Shown: piece after piece, positions 1-8,317 of the stretch
Layout of the letters: the number at the start of each line of letters is the position of its first letter
Position numbering within the stretch: position 1 is the stretch's first letter
Program-made: the position numbers and the translations under genes
Notes under the pieces: generated by a model
Databases searched by the model: none
Seen by the model: the letters and a program-made list of their open reading frames with translations, nothing else
Told to the model about the DNA's origin: nothing
DNA from: Methylophaga sp.
Lineage (GTDB): Bacteria > Pseudomonadota > Gammaproteobacteria > Nitrosococcales > Methylophagaceae
NCBI GenBank assembly: GCA_007117275.1
Contig: SKGV01000074.1
Coordinates: 1 to 41,116 of the forward strand
Direction: 5' to 3'
DNA: 41,116 nt

Positions 1-111
1 CAGCTTCCAGTTGCTCTAGTGCCGCCTGTTTTTCTTCTTCAAGGTCTGCGGCATAACGCAGCAGCTCAGCCTTGGTTTGAGGGATCGCGCTCAACTGGCT
101 TTTTAGCTCCA
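1..111. repeat. Terminal direct repeat, left copy (identical to 41006-41116); circular-assembly overlap
   Basis: Bases 1-111 match the last 111 bases exactly, and an ORF continues in frame across the junction. Confidence 0.95.
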
Positions 112-454
112 GCTCCTTGAGCTTCGCCAGCACATTACGGCGCACGCCTTTTGATTCGCGCATGCCGACTAAGGTGCATTGGTCGCGAGTGAGTTCGTAA
201 TAGCGCATTGGCGTTCCGCCTTGAGCGGGTCGAAAAGTTTTCGTACCGCCCAGCTCGCCTTCCAGCTCGTCTTCAATTCGCTTCAAGAAGTGGCTGTTTT
301 CCACTTGGCTTTCTTTATGCTCTGCACGCGCTGCATTGATGATCTCGCGCAGCTCAATGCTGCTCATCGTTTTTTCAGGGTTGCCGAATGGTGTCATCTG
401 GTTCATAATAACCTCTGTTTGGTGGTTGTTGGTTGCAGCTGCTAGATGATTCAT
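1..454 (-). CDS. Phage antirepressor, N-terminal part; continues over the circular junction into 41005..40707
   Basis: My translation from ATG 406 (alternative in-frame ATG at 454; both have a GAGG RBS) gives MNQMTPFGNPEKTMSSIELREIIN...LTRDQCTLVGMRESKGVRRNVLAKL, in frame with the 40707..41099 ORF. Total 234 or 250 aa. Confidence 0.8.
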   Translation of the reverse strand, partial: MNHLAAATNNHQTEVIMNQMTPFGNPEKTMSSIELREIINAARAEHKESQVENSHFLKRIEDELEGELGGTKTFRPAQGGTPMRYYELTRDQCTLVGMRESKGVRRNVLAKLKELELKSQLSAIPQTKAELLRYAADLEEEKQAALEQLEA

Positions 455-494
455 AATCGGTACCTCTTTGTTGTTGCCCTTCACGGGCGTTAAT

Positions 495-524
495 AAACCC
501 GCTCCCCCTAGAGCGGGTTTTTTT
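495..524. terminator. Intrinsic (possibly bidirectional) terminator hairpin downstream of the cro-like gene
   Basis: AAACCCGCTC-cccta-GAGCGGGTTT followed by a T run. Confidence 0.65.
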
Positions 525-732
525 ATGCTGCTTTTGACTTTTTTGGTTTTTTATACTTCCCTCTGCGCGGTAAATCCGCTTTCAGGGCCCCTCCGGTGAT
601 CAGCTCGATTTCCGCCTGCCTGCCCACGGGCAGATCCTCTCCCCACTGCCAGACCGCTCCGATTGTGATTCCAAGCGCATCAGCTACCGCTTGGAGTGTG
701 CCGAAATGTGTCACGACTTCTGTTTTTTTCAT
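523..732 (-). CDS. cro: Cro-like HTH transcriptional regulator (69 aa)
   Basis: MKKTEVVTHFGTLQAVADALGITIGAVWQWGEDLPVGRQAEIELITGGALKAD has a Cro/YdaS-like HTH signature. It is the first gene after the leftward promoter and upstream of the replication genes. Confidence 0.85.
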   Translation of the reverse strand: MKKTEVVTHFGTLQAVADALGITIGAVWQWGEDLPVGRQAEIELITGGALKADLPRRGKYKKPKKSKAA

Positions 733-765
733 TTTAGTTAACCCTGTTTGTTTTACATAGAGGCC

Positions 766-794
766 ACTATACCGCGCTTGGGCAAAATAGTAAA
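766..794 (-). promoter_or_regulatory. Leftward sigma70 promoter for the cro/replication arm
   Basis: Minus strand TTTACT-17 nt-TATAGT. Confidence 0.7.
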
Positions 795-837
795 CAGCGC
801 GATTTTTCAAAAAATATAGATTTCTTTGTTTTTTGTG

Positions 838-866
838 TTGACTCCGAAATTTCAGCTTGCTATAGT
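838..866 (+). promoter_or_regulatory. Rightward sigma70 promoter for the RNA leader and early arm
   Basis: TTGACT-17 nt-TATAGT, preceded by an AT-rich UP-like tract. Confidence 0.75.
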
Positions 867-872
867 TCAACC

Positions 873-1428
873 ACTGGCAGCGACAACGCCAACAAGACAC
901 GCAGGAAATACCTGCAGCCGAGGCGAAAGGTCAAAACGTCCCAGCCCCCTAAAGGTGCGTCCAAGGGGAGAGACTGGCTAAGAGTTCTTTTGAGAAATCG
1001 ACAGTACTACGAACGAATTTCTGTTTTGCTTAGTGCCGTCTACCCCAGCAGGCGGTGGGGCTAATAACACCTGCACTTTGAGCGGACTCCTCCTGTGTAA
1101 AAAAAGTTCGTGATCAAAGCGACTGGTCGCCGTAAGCGGCCAACAACGCGATCCGCTGCGTAGTGCGGAGCAATGCCTGTCGCTTGGGCTGAGAATACAG
1201 GCGACATCGGGAAGGGTTTGTACCAATCGCCTTGAGGCGAAAATAAAGGGGAAGCCTGATCAACTTTCGCAAACCCTTCACCGATGCAGTGAATGTGTAG
1301 GCTGATGCATCACGACAAAGATCCAGGTAATGCTGATGCTGCTCGGAAAGGTCGTAAAAACTTAGAGCCCAGTTGCTGTACTGCCAAAACAGTCGCGCAC
1401 CACCAGGCGGTTATCTGGTGGCCCCTCA
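873..1428 (+). ncRNA. Putative structured non-coding RNA leader or ncRNA cluster
   Basis: No credible ORF. Many stems, at 901-915, 941-977, 1124-1142, 1152-1169, 1178-1206, 1205-1286 (CATCGG-GAAGGGTTTG...CAAACCCTTC-A-CCGATG) and 1400-1421. Confidence 0.5.
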
Positions 1429-1505
1429 GCGCCCATAGCTCAATCGGATAGAGTAAGTGGTTTCTACCCACTAGGTTGCAGGTTCGAGTCCTGCTGGGCG
1501 TGCCA
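1429..1505 (+). tRNA. tRNA-Arg, anticodon TCT
   Basis: Cloverleaf with GCGCCCA/TGGGCGT acceptor stem, D arm, AGTGG-TT(TCT)AC-CCACT anticodon arm, GCAGG-TTCGAGT-CCTGC T arm and an encoded CCA. Confidence 0.95.
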
Positions 1506-1575
1506 ATCAGAATGCGCTTTGTCTGCTGGAATGCCAGTGGATCTAAGAGCGCATCCTGATTGAGTGGAAGTCCTT

Positions 1576-1599
1576 GCCCTTCTTCGGAAGGGCTTTTTT
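1576..1599 (+). terminator. Intrinsic terminator
   Basis: GCCCTTC-TTCG-GAAGGGC-TTTTTT. Confidence 0.8.
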
Positions 1600-1611
1600 A
1601 TTGGAGGGTTT

Positions 1612-1773
1612 ATGTACTTCGAATCCGAGCCAGATCCAGAGCTGGCAAGAATCGATCGCATGCGGCGGCAGTGGCTGCGCGGCTTGAGCAATCCGCGTGA
1701 TCCCGATTACGAAGAATGCCCGGAATGTGGAGACGATGAAGAGTATGAAAGCTGTCCGGTGTGCGGCAATTAA
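1612..1773 (+). CDS. Small acidic protein with two CxxC motifs (53 aa)
   Basis: GGAGG RBS before ATG 1612; CPEC...CPVC at the C-terminus. Confidence 0.6.
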   Translation: MYFESEPDPELARIDRMRRQWLRGLSNPRDPDYEECPECGDDEEYESCPVCGN

Positions 1774-1857
1774 TAAAGCGCTGGCTTATTGAGCCGGTAT
1801 GAGATTAACAGCATTCACAATCCTGAGCATTCGCTTGATGCTCAGGCACGCAGACAG

Positions 1858-1884
1858 AAAAGGTCGCTAAGGCGGCCTTTTTTT
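1858..1884 (+). terminator. Intrinsic terminator
   Basis: AAAAGGTCGC-taag-GCGGCCTTTTTTT. Confidence 0.7.
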
Positions 1885-1897
1885 ATGGGAGATTTTT

Positions 1898-2215
1898 ATG
1901 AATACAGCGGAAAAAGTCAGCGACCAAGAGTTCTTTGATTCACTGGCAGCGAATCTGCGCCAGCAGCTTGTTAGCGACGGTGTGGCGCATGTGATTGCAG
2001 GGCCAGAACAGGCCATCGCTTACAGCCAGAGGACGCTTTTGGTTAGGACGCTGGAAGGCGGTGCGGCCAACGATGCGGTCAAGACGATGCGCGATGCATT
2101 GAAGGAGCGCAAAGGCACGCTCAGGCGCATCCAGTATGCCGTCAAATTCTTTGAGCTAATTGAGGACCAGCTAGATGAAGACATTGAGAGCCTGGCGAAA
2201 AAGGCTTGGGTTTAA
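1898..2215 (+). CDS. Hypothetical protein
   Basis: ORF with GGGAG RBS and helical composition. Confidence 0.7.
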   Translation: MNTAEKVSDQEFFDSLAANLRQQLVSDGVAHVIAGPEQAIAYSQRTLLVRTLEGGAANDAVKTMRDALKERKGTLRRIQYAVKFFELIEDQLDEDIESLAKKAWV

Positions 2216-2283
2216 GGCCTTATTGGTGGCGGCGGTCATCGTGCTGCTGTTTCAGATTAGATCAGATAGTGAGGCGTTAAGAA

Positions 2284-2712
2284 GTGCAGGTCTCGATTTT
2301 CAACCAGACCAAGCAAAGCGCTTGGAATTGCTTTCACGCTGAAGGCGTCGCAGCGCTCGCTGGCGGCCTTGAGATTGAAGACTGCCCTTACAGCTCGTGC
2401 AATCTATTCGCGCGGTGTGCGTGGATGGCTGGCTATTGTGACGGTATAGCGGAGGTGGCAATGGATCACATCAGGATGGTTTTTCCAGATGACCTAACAA
2501 TCTGCGAGCTAAAGCAGATTTCCGAGTTAGGTATCCAGCCTGCGTGGCTGGTAGTTAATGGTGAGTACAAGTGGCGGTGGTACAGCACTGAGGTCTTGCT
2601 CGGCGAGATCGAAGAGATCTCTACGATCCTCGGCGCTGACTGCTCTTTTGAGTACGCCAGCGCGAACTATGCGCTATTTATTCGGCGCGAGCAGCAAGTT
2701 AAAGCAGCATAA
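2284..2712 (+). CDS. Hypothetical protein with N-terminal Rmf/CrpP-like motif; internal RBS and in-frame ATG at 2461
   Basis: EGVAALAGGLEIEDCPYSS...RCAWMAGY resembles the Rmf G..AG..G.....CPY.....R..W..GW pattern. Confidence 0.55.
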   Translation: MQVSIFNQTKQSAWNCFHAEGVAALAGGLEIEDCPYSSCNLFARCAWMAGYCDGIAEVAMDHIRMVFPDDLTICELKQISELGIQPAWLVVNGEYKWRWYSTEVLLGEIEEISTILGADCSFEYASANYALFIRREQQVKAA

Positions 2713-2776
2713 AAAAAGCCCCTTCCGGCGGCTACCGGTTGGGGCAGTCATAAAACAGCAGATGGAGTATTCCAAA

Positions 2777-3652
2777 ATGAATCAGCAAGTGCAAGCAATT
2801 GAAATAGCCAACCAGCAATGGATGGCTGCAAACCCTTTAGTCGCATCGCGCGGTTTAGATGAATCCACCTGGAACGCTCTTTGCTCAACCATTTATCCAG
2901 GCTCAAAGCCGGAGTCAATCTTGATGGCTGTTGACTACTGTCGGGCGCGCAAGCTCGACATTATGTTGAAGCCAGTCCATCTGGTCCCCATGCAGGTCAA
3001 AGACGCTCAGTCAGGCCAAAAGCAATGGCGCGACGTGCCTATGCCTGGTGTTGGGCTTTACCGTATTCAGGCTGACAGGTCGGGCGACTATGCTGGTGCA
3101 GATGAGCCTGAGTTTGGCCCAATAATTGAAGCCGAGTTCGATGGCCAGGATTACAACAACAACGCAATCAAGGTAAAGGTCCGTTATCCAGAGTGGTGCA
3201 AGTACACGGTTTATAAAATGATTGGCGGTCAGCGCGTAGCTTTTAAGGCCACTGAGTTTTGGCTTGAAAACTACGCCACTCAGTCCGCCAGATCTGAAGC
3301 GCCTAACGCAATGTGGAAGAAGCGGCCTTTTGGTCAGCTGGCAAAATGTGCAGAAGCTCAAGCTCTTAGAAAGGGGTGGCCTGAGATTGGTCAAGAGCCT
3401 ACTGCTGAGGAGATGCAGGGCAAAAGCTTTAATGAGGTGGATATTACTCCAGACCAGAGCAGCCAGAATCATCAGCCTTCCCGCCCTGCTCTGGAATATT
3501 ACCCAGAAGAAAGCTTTAACCAAAATTTCGGCAAATGGGCGCAAGCAATCTCAGCAGGCATGAAGACTCCTGACGAAGTAATTAAGACGGTCCAGCAAAA
3601 AGGTATCCTGACCGAAGAACAGCAACAGAAAATCAGAGAGGTGGCAGCATGA
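2777..3652 (+). CDS. bet: Phage recombination protein Bet (RecT-family ssDNA annealing protein)
   Basis: YCRARKLDIMLKPVHLVP, GVGLYRIQADRSG.YAG and MWKKRPFGQLAKCAEAQALRKGWPE motifs; GGAG RBS before ATG 2777. Confidence 0.9.
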   Translation: MNQQVQAIEIANQQWMAANPLVASRGLDESTWNALCSTIYPGSKPESILMAVDYCRARKLDIMLKPVHLVPMQVKDAQSGQKQWRDVPMPGVGLYRIQADRSGDYAGADEPEFGPIIEAEFDGQDYNNNAIKVKVRYPEWCKYTVYKMIGGQRVAFKATEFWLENYATQSARSEAPNAMWKKRPFGQLAKCAEAQALRKGWPEIGQEPTAEEMQGKSFNEVDITPDQSSQNHQPSRPALEYYPEESFNQNFGKWAQAISAGMKTPDEVIKTVQQKGILTEEQQQKIREVAA

Positions 3653-5235
3653 TTATCATGGACCTGGTGCAAGGATCAGAAGCTTGGCACAAATTTCGCG
3701 CCGAGCACGACACGGCATCTGAAGCCAGCATTGTTATGCAGTGCAGCAAGAATGTATCCCGTAGCGAACTGCTGCGGGAAAAAGCAACCGGCTCTGAGCG
3801 TGAGTTCAGCGCCTGGTTTGAGAAAAACATTCTGGAAAAGGGCCACCGGGTCGAGGCTTTGGCCCGGCCTATCGTTGAAGCAGATATAGGAGAAGAGCTT
3901 TATCCAGTTACCGGCAAGTCAGAAGACTATGATCGCCTGGCAGCCAGCTTTGACGGTATAACCATGCTGTTTGACATTGTTTGGGAGTGCAAGCAGTGGA
4001 ATCAAGAAAAGGCTACGAGTGTTCGCGAGGGCAAGATTCCAGAGTGTGACTTCTGGCAGGTGGTACAGCAGCTTGTTGTTTCGCGCGCGCGTACCTGTAT
4101 TTACACGGTGTCTGATGGCACCGAAGAAAATACGATCTCTTGCCAGTACCAGTTGCAACCAGAAGATGAAATGCAGCTGGTTTCAGGCTGGGCACAATTC
4201 AACGAGGATCGCGCTGCCTACACAGCTAAACCTGAGCAGGCTGAAGCAGTCGGAGAAAAGCCAGAAAGCCTCCCTGCTCTGCGCATAAATCTGACCGGCG
4301 CAGTCACTGCCAGCAACCTCGCTGAGTTCAAAGAGCAGGCTTTGGCACGGATTGATGCAATCAAAACCGATCTGCAAACTGATCAAGATTTTGCTGATGC
4401 TGAGCAGACGGTGAAGTTCCTCAAGGGTGGTGAAAAGGACTTGGAGGACGCCAAGGCTAAGGCGCTGCAAGACACGGCCAGCATTGATGAGCTGTTCAAA
4501 ACAGTCGATGAGCTCAAGGAAAAGCTGCGCCAAAAGCGGCTGACTCTTGAAAAGCTGGTCAAGGCCGAAAAGGAAAACCGCCGTCTGGCTATCCTGCAAT
4601 CCGCCCTGGCTGACTGGCGGGAATGGCTGAGCGCGCAAGACTGCCCTGTCACTCTGACGCTACAGCCTGCCGTAGCTGAGGCCATGAAAGGCAAGAAAAG
4701 CATCAAAGGCTGGGAGGATGCCGCAGCCGATGCGGTAGCCAGCGCCAAGATTGAAGCTCGAAAGGAGATTGAGCGCATCAAAGCCAACTACGACTGGCTG
4801 AAGGTCAACGGAAAGGATCACATGCACCTGTTCCCCGACTGGGCGCAGCTGATTACCGCTGACGCAGAGCTTATGCAGCTCAAGGTTCAGCAAGCCATCC
4901 AGCAAGAGCAGCAGCGCCTGGATGCAGAACGCGAACGTATCCGTCAGGAAGAAGCGGACCGCATTCGTGCAGATGCGCAGCGCAAGGTTGAAGAGGTACA
5001 GCAAGAGCCAGTGCAAGGGCCGTCTGAATCAGCGCCTAATGATGATCCTGGTTATCGCTTGCTGCCGCCACTCAAGCCAGCGAGCGCTGTCAGCCAGCCT
5101 GAGCAGGTCACAATCAGTAAGGCCGAATACCAGCGTCTGCTGGAAGCCGAAGCCCTGCTGGAAGCCCTGAAAGCGCACGGTGTAGAGAAACTGGCCTGCT
5201 GGCGTAAGGCTGCTGAGCAGCTGGAAGCGGCGTAA
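3649..5235 (+). CDS. YqaJ/lambda-exonuclease-family protein with a long coiled-coil C-terminus
   Basis: QGSEAWHKFR..TASEA, GHRVE..AR, ASFDG, WECK and QVVQQL motifs; ATGA-coupled to bet. Confidence 0.9.
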   Translation: MIIMDLVQGSEAWHKFRAEHDTASEASIVMQCSKNVSRSELLREKATGSEREFSAWFEKNILEKGHRVEALARPIVEADIGEELYPVTGKSEDYDRLAASFDGITMLFDIVWECKQWNQEKATSVREGKIPECDFWQVVQQLVVSRARTCIYTVSDGTEENTISCQYQLQPEDEMQLVSGWAQFNEDRAAYTAKPEQAEAVGEKPESLPALRINLTGAVTASNLAEFKEQALARIDAIKTDLQTDQDFADAEQTVKFLKGGEKDLEDAKAKALQDTASIDELFKTVDELKEKLRQKRLTLEKLVKAEKENRRLAILQSALADWREWLSAQDCPVTLTLQPAVAEAMKGKKSIKGWEDAAADAVASAKIEARKEIERIKANYDWLKVNGKDHMHLFPDWAQLITADAELMQLKVQQAIQQEQQRLDAERERIRQEEADRIRADAQRKVEEVQQEPVQGPSESAPNDDPGYRLLPPLKPASAVSQPEQVTISKAEYQRLLEAEALLEALKAHGVEKLACWRKAAEQLEAA

Positions 5236-5242
5236 ACCAACG

Positions 5243-5266
5243 ACCCGCCCAGAGAGGCGGGTTTTT
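5243..5266 (+). terminator. Intrinsic terminator
   Basis: ACCCGCC-cagaga-GGCGGGT-TTTT. Confidence 0.7.
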
Positions 5267-5353
5267 ATTCAAAAAAGCGGGGTTTTGCCGCGCATAGACA
5301 ACAAAGCCCCTGAAACAGGGGCCTCTACTACTAGCAAAATATGAGAGTGGCGT

Positions 5354-6421
5354 ATGGATTTTTATTGGATGACAAAACGAGAAAAGGCAAGAGTTGATCT
5401 GCCAGACGGTTGCTTCCTTGAATCTGAATTGATTGATGGCAAGCAAATCAAGTTCAGCGTAGGCAGCAGCGTGTGCAGCGTAAGGACTATCAAGCTTGGC
5501 GCTCACTTAGCCGCCGAAGAGTACAAGAAGCATCTCCAGAATCTGATTGGCAAACTACCGGCCCTGGACATCATTGCCAGAGTTGACGGCCCAATGCTGG
5601 CCGCGCTCTCAAAATTCGTTGCAAAAGATGATGCTCGCTACTACCTCTACGGCATACAGATTATTCCAGCAACATCTGGCGATGGCGTAATGATGTTTGC
5701 TACCAACGGTCATGCCCTGCTCTGTGCTCACGACCCTTATGGCTATGTATCTGAAGACTGCATACTGCAGTTCGATACCTGCATCTTTGAGGCTGTCGAA
5801 AGAAACGTGCTCGATACCTATGTCGATGTATCGGGCGGCATTGCAGCTGTGCTTTCAGCCTCTGATACGCACACCCATCTTGTCGGCGGGCCGGGCGAGC
5901 TGATCCGATCATCGTCAATAAGGCAAAGCGCCAAGCAAGAAGATGTGGTGGCCTGCTTTGGCCAGGTCACCACCATAGATGGGCGCTACCCAACCATCGA
6001 AAATGCTGTGCCTAGTGGCAGATCTTCCCGCGAGTCAGTCACGATCAATCCTGCACTGTTAAAGCTTTTAGAAAAAGCGGGTAAGGCGGCAAGGATTTAT
6101 GGTTTTACAGGAAAAATAAAATCAAGCACTGGCGGCATTAGCCTGGGCTTCCCGCAGAAAGAGAGCGGCGGACTTATCGTGCGCTATGCGACCGGATGCG
6201 AAAGGGCAGGCCGCATGTTCGGAGTGCTTATGCCGATGCGAAACGACAGTAGCACTGAGCCGTGCGACTGGTGGAAAGAGCACCTACACATTCTAGGCTT
6301 GGAGCACTCCAAGCAACCCGAGCCAGCCAAAACACAGGAACAACACCATGAATCACTTAAAGAAAATCTCCACCTTCTCAGTAACACTCCCTGCTTACGC
6401 AGACTTTCTGAAAATCACTGA
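5354..6421 (+). CDS. DNA polymerase III beta-clamp-like protein (partial clamp fold)
   Basis: DDARYYLYGI, ATNGHAL, IDGRYP, INPALL and terminal VLMPMR motifs recall the DnaN central and C-terminal domains. Confidence 0.65.
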   Translation: MDFYWMTKREKARVDLPDGCFLESELIDGKQIKFSVGSSVCSVRTIKLGAHLAAEEYKKHLQNLIGKLPALDIIARVDGPMLAALSKFVAKDDARYYLYGIQIIPATSGDGVMMFATNGHALLCAHDPYGYVSEDCILQFDTCIFEAVERNVLDTYVDVSGGIAAVLSASDTHTHLVGGPGELIRSSSIRQSAKQEDVVACFGQVTTIDGRYPTIENAVPSGRSSRESVTINPALLKLLEKAGKAARIYGFTGKIKSSTGGISLGFPQKESGGLIVRYATGCERAGRMFGVLMPMRNDSSTEPCDWWKEHLHILGLEHSKQPEPAKTQEQHHESLKENLHLLSNTPCLRRLSENH

Positions 6422-7313
6422 AAGCCATCTGTTTTCAGAAGCACCTGAGGACTCCATTGCAGTCAATATCGGCTTTGTCGGCAACGCTATCACAAAAGAG
6501 CTGGTGACACCGCTGCTGTCCGGGCAGGGCTATCACTTCATCGTTCGCATCGATCAGAAAAAAGTGCCGAAAGATGTGCTCGTGCAAGCGCTGACAAAGC
6601 GTGTGGCTGAGCTAGAGTCGATGGGTGAGCGCAAAATCGGCAGAAAAGAGCGCTCCATTATCAGTGAAGACATCGCTATTGAGCTGATGAAAAAGGCGTT
6701 TTGGCACACTCGCAATATCCACTGCTTTTATCGCGATGGCCGCCTGTTTGTCAGCAACTGCCCAAGCAACTTGATTGACGCGACAATGCGCTTCCTGGTG
6801 CATGCCTGCGGTGAGTTACAAACTCAGACCCTGCATCTTTCTGAAGTCAAGCATGGACTGACTGCACGCATGGAAGACTATCTAAAAAATCTTGAAGACT
6901 CAGACTATCCGGCCTGCGGATTTGGGTCCTTACACCCAGCTGGAAAAATCAAGCTTGAGCTTAAGGATGAGATCACTAAAAAGGTCAGCTTTGACGTTGG
7001 TGAGATCGACTTCGACTACAGTGAAATCAAGAGCTTGCTGGACTCTAGCTACCAAGTCACCGCGCTTGAATTGACTGCTCCGAATCTCTGCACCTTCACT
7101 CTGAACGAAAAAGCCCAAGTCAGCGGCATCTGTTTTGACGGTGAAGAAGAAATGGTCGCAGAAATGCAGGGTGAGTCCGAAGACGGAACTGTTGACGGTG
7201 TTTATGTGTGGCGAAAAACTGCCGACTCGCGGGTTTATGCTTGCGAACACATCTGTCAGATCCTGCTCGAAATGTTCAAGCCAGAAGAGCCGGATCAGCA
7301 AGAAGCGGATTAA
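6348..7313 (+). CDS. rdgC: Recombination-associated protein RdgC (divergent)
   Basis: GFV, RIDQKKVP..V, RKIGRKER...EDIAIELMKKAF and QVTALEL patterns; typical size and recombination-module context. Confidence 0.75.
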   Translation: MNHLKKISTFSVTLPAYADFLKITESHLFSEAPEDSIAVNIGFVGNAITKELVTPLLSGQGYHFIVRIDQKKVPKDVLVQALTKRVAELESMGERKIGRKERSIISEDIAIELMKKAFWHTRNIHCFYRDGRLFVSNCPSNLIDATMRFLVHACGELQTQTLHLSEVKHGLTARMEDYLKNLEDSDYPACGFGSLHPAGKIKLELKDEITKKVSFDVGEIDFDYSEIKSLLDSSYQVTALELTAPNLCTFTLNEKAQVSGICFDGEEEMVAEMQGESEDGTVDGVYVWRKTADSRVYACEHICQILLEMFKPEEPDQQEAD

Positions 7314-7341
7314 CATCAAGCGCCAATATCTCTCGCTCTGT

Positions 7342-7363
7342 ACCGCCTTCGGGCGGTTTTTTT
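7342..7363 (+). terminator. Intrinsic terminator
   Basis: ACCGCC-TTCG-GGCGGT-TTTTTT. Confidence 0.8.
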
Positions 7364-7377
7364 AATGCCTGGAGAAA

Positions 7378-8301
7378 ATGATGAACGCCATCACGCAAAC
7401 AACGATTACTCTGCAAATTCCAGCGATGCCACTGGCTGGCCAGCACATCTCTGTCGGCAATCACGTCATCTACACCAATCAAGATGATTGTGCGGCAACA
7501 GCTCGCATGATCGAGCTCACTGATCTCACTCAGCGCCAGCAGCAGCGCATTCACGACATGATGCAGCGCTTGGCCGAGGCCGAGGAGTGCAGCGCAACGC
7601 AAAGCGCAGTCAGCAGTGAAGAGTTGGTTAAGGCGCGAGCGCGAGCAGAGCTTTTTAAGATCAGCCTCGCTGAGCTAAAGCAAGAATTCAAAGTGATTGA
7701 AACCAAGGCACGGAAGGCCGAAGCGCTGGCAGCGCAAGAGACGCAGCGCGCCGAAAAGAAGTCCGATCGCGTGCAGAAGCTGCAAAAAGAAGTGAAGCAG
7801 CTCACTGGCCAAATCAGCATGCTGACAAAGCAGATCGAAGACCAGAAAAAGCGATTCAAGCGCGAGTATATCGATGAATCGAAGCCGACAGCTCAGGTCG
7901 GTGGCGGCCGCATTGTCGTGCAGCTGCACGGCGATCAGATCCACGTCCATGATCCGGCCTGCTGCTACCTCATCAGCAGTCAGCCGCTGCCAGATGAGAG
8001 CGATTTTGCGCCGGTATTCAAAGGCTATCCGTTTGAAGCTATGCTAGACCAGCATAAAGACCTCAAAGAAGCCATTGAGCACGCGATTAACGGGCTGGCC
8101 AAGGACTGGCGCAAAGCGAAAGAAAAAGTGTTGGTTGCTGATCTAGATGAAAAGCCGCAGCTGCTGCGGAAAGTATGGGATTCAGGTTTTATATTCGCGG
8201 CAGACCTTCGCGGCCAGCTAGATAAAGTTGCGGCACTGCCTGGTATTGGCTCGGCGTCAATCAAGCGGCTTGAATTGGCGCTCAATAAAGCAGGTCTTTG
8301 A
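7378..8301 (+). CDS. Coiled-coil protein with a C-terminal helix-hairpin-helix, RNAP alpha-CTD-like domain
   Basis: Long heptad region; C-terminus ADL...GFIFAADLRGQLDKVAALPGIGSASIKRLELALNKAGL. Confidence 0.65.
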   Translation: MMNAITQTTITLQIPAMPLAGQHISVGNHVIYTNQDDCAATARMIELTDLTQRQQQRIHDMMQRLAEAEECSATQSAVSSEELVKARARAELFKISLAELKQEFKVIETKARKAEALAAQETQRAEKKSDRVQKLQKEVKQLTGQISMLTKQIEDQKKRFKREYIDESKPTAQVGGGRIVVQLHGDQIHVHDPACCYLISSQPLPDESDFAPVFKGYPFEAMLDQHKDLKEAIEHAINGLAKDWRKAKEKVLVADLDEKPQLLRKVWDSGFIFAADLRGQLDKVAALPGIGSASIKRLELALNKAGL

Positions 8302-8317
8302 TCTGCACATCTTTTTG

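Noticed and set aside
1-111. Biological direct terminal repeat of the virion DNA
   Set aside because: It falls in the middle of the antirepressor gene and is best explained as assembler overlap on a circular or permuted genome.
1429-1505. tRNA as an attP integration site
   Set aside because: It is a full-length gene in a transcribed leader with no integrase in the genome.
873-1600. Self-cleaving ribozyme (hammerhead, twister, HDV-like) near the tRNA
   Set aside because: I could not find complete catalytic core consensus sequences by eye; a covariance-model search is needed.
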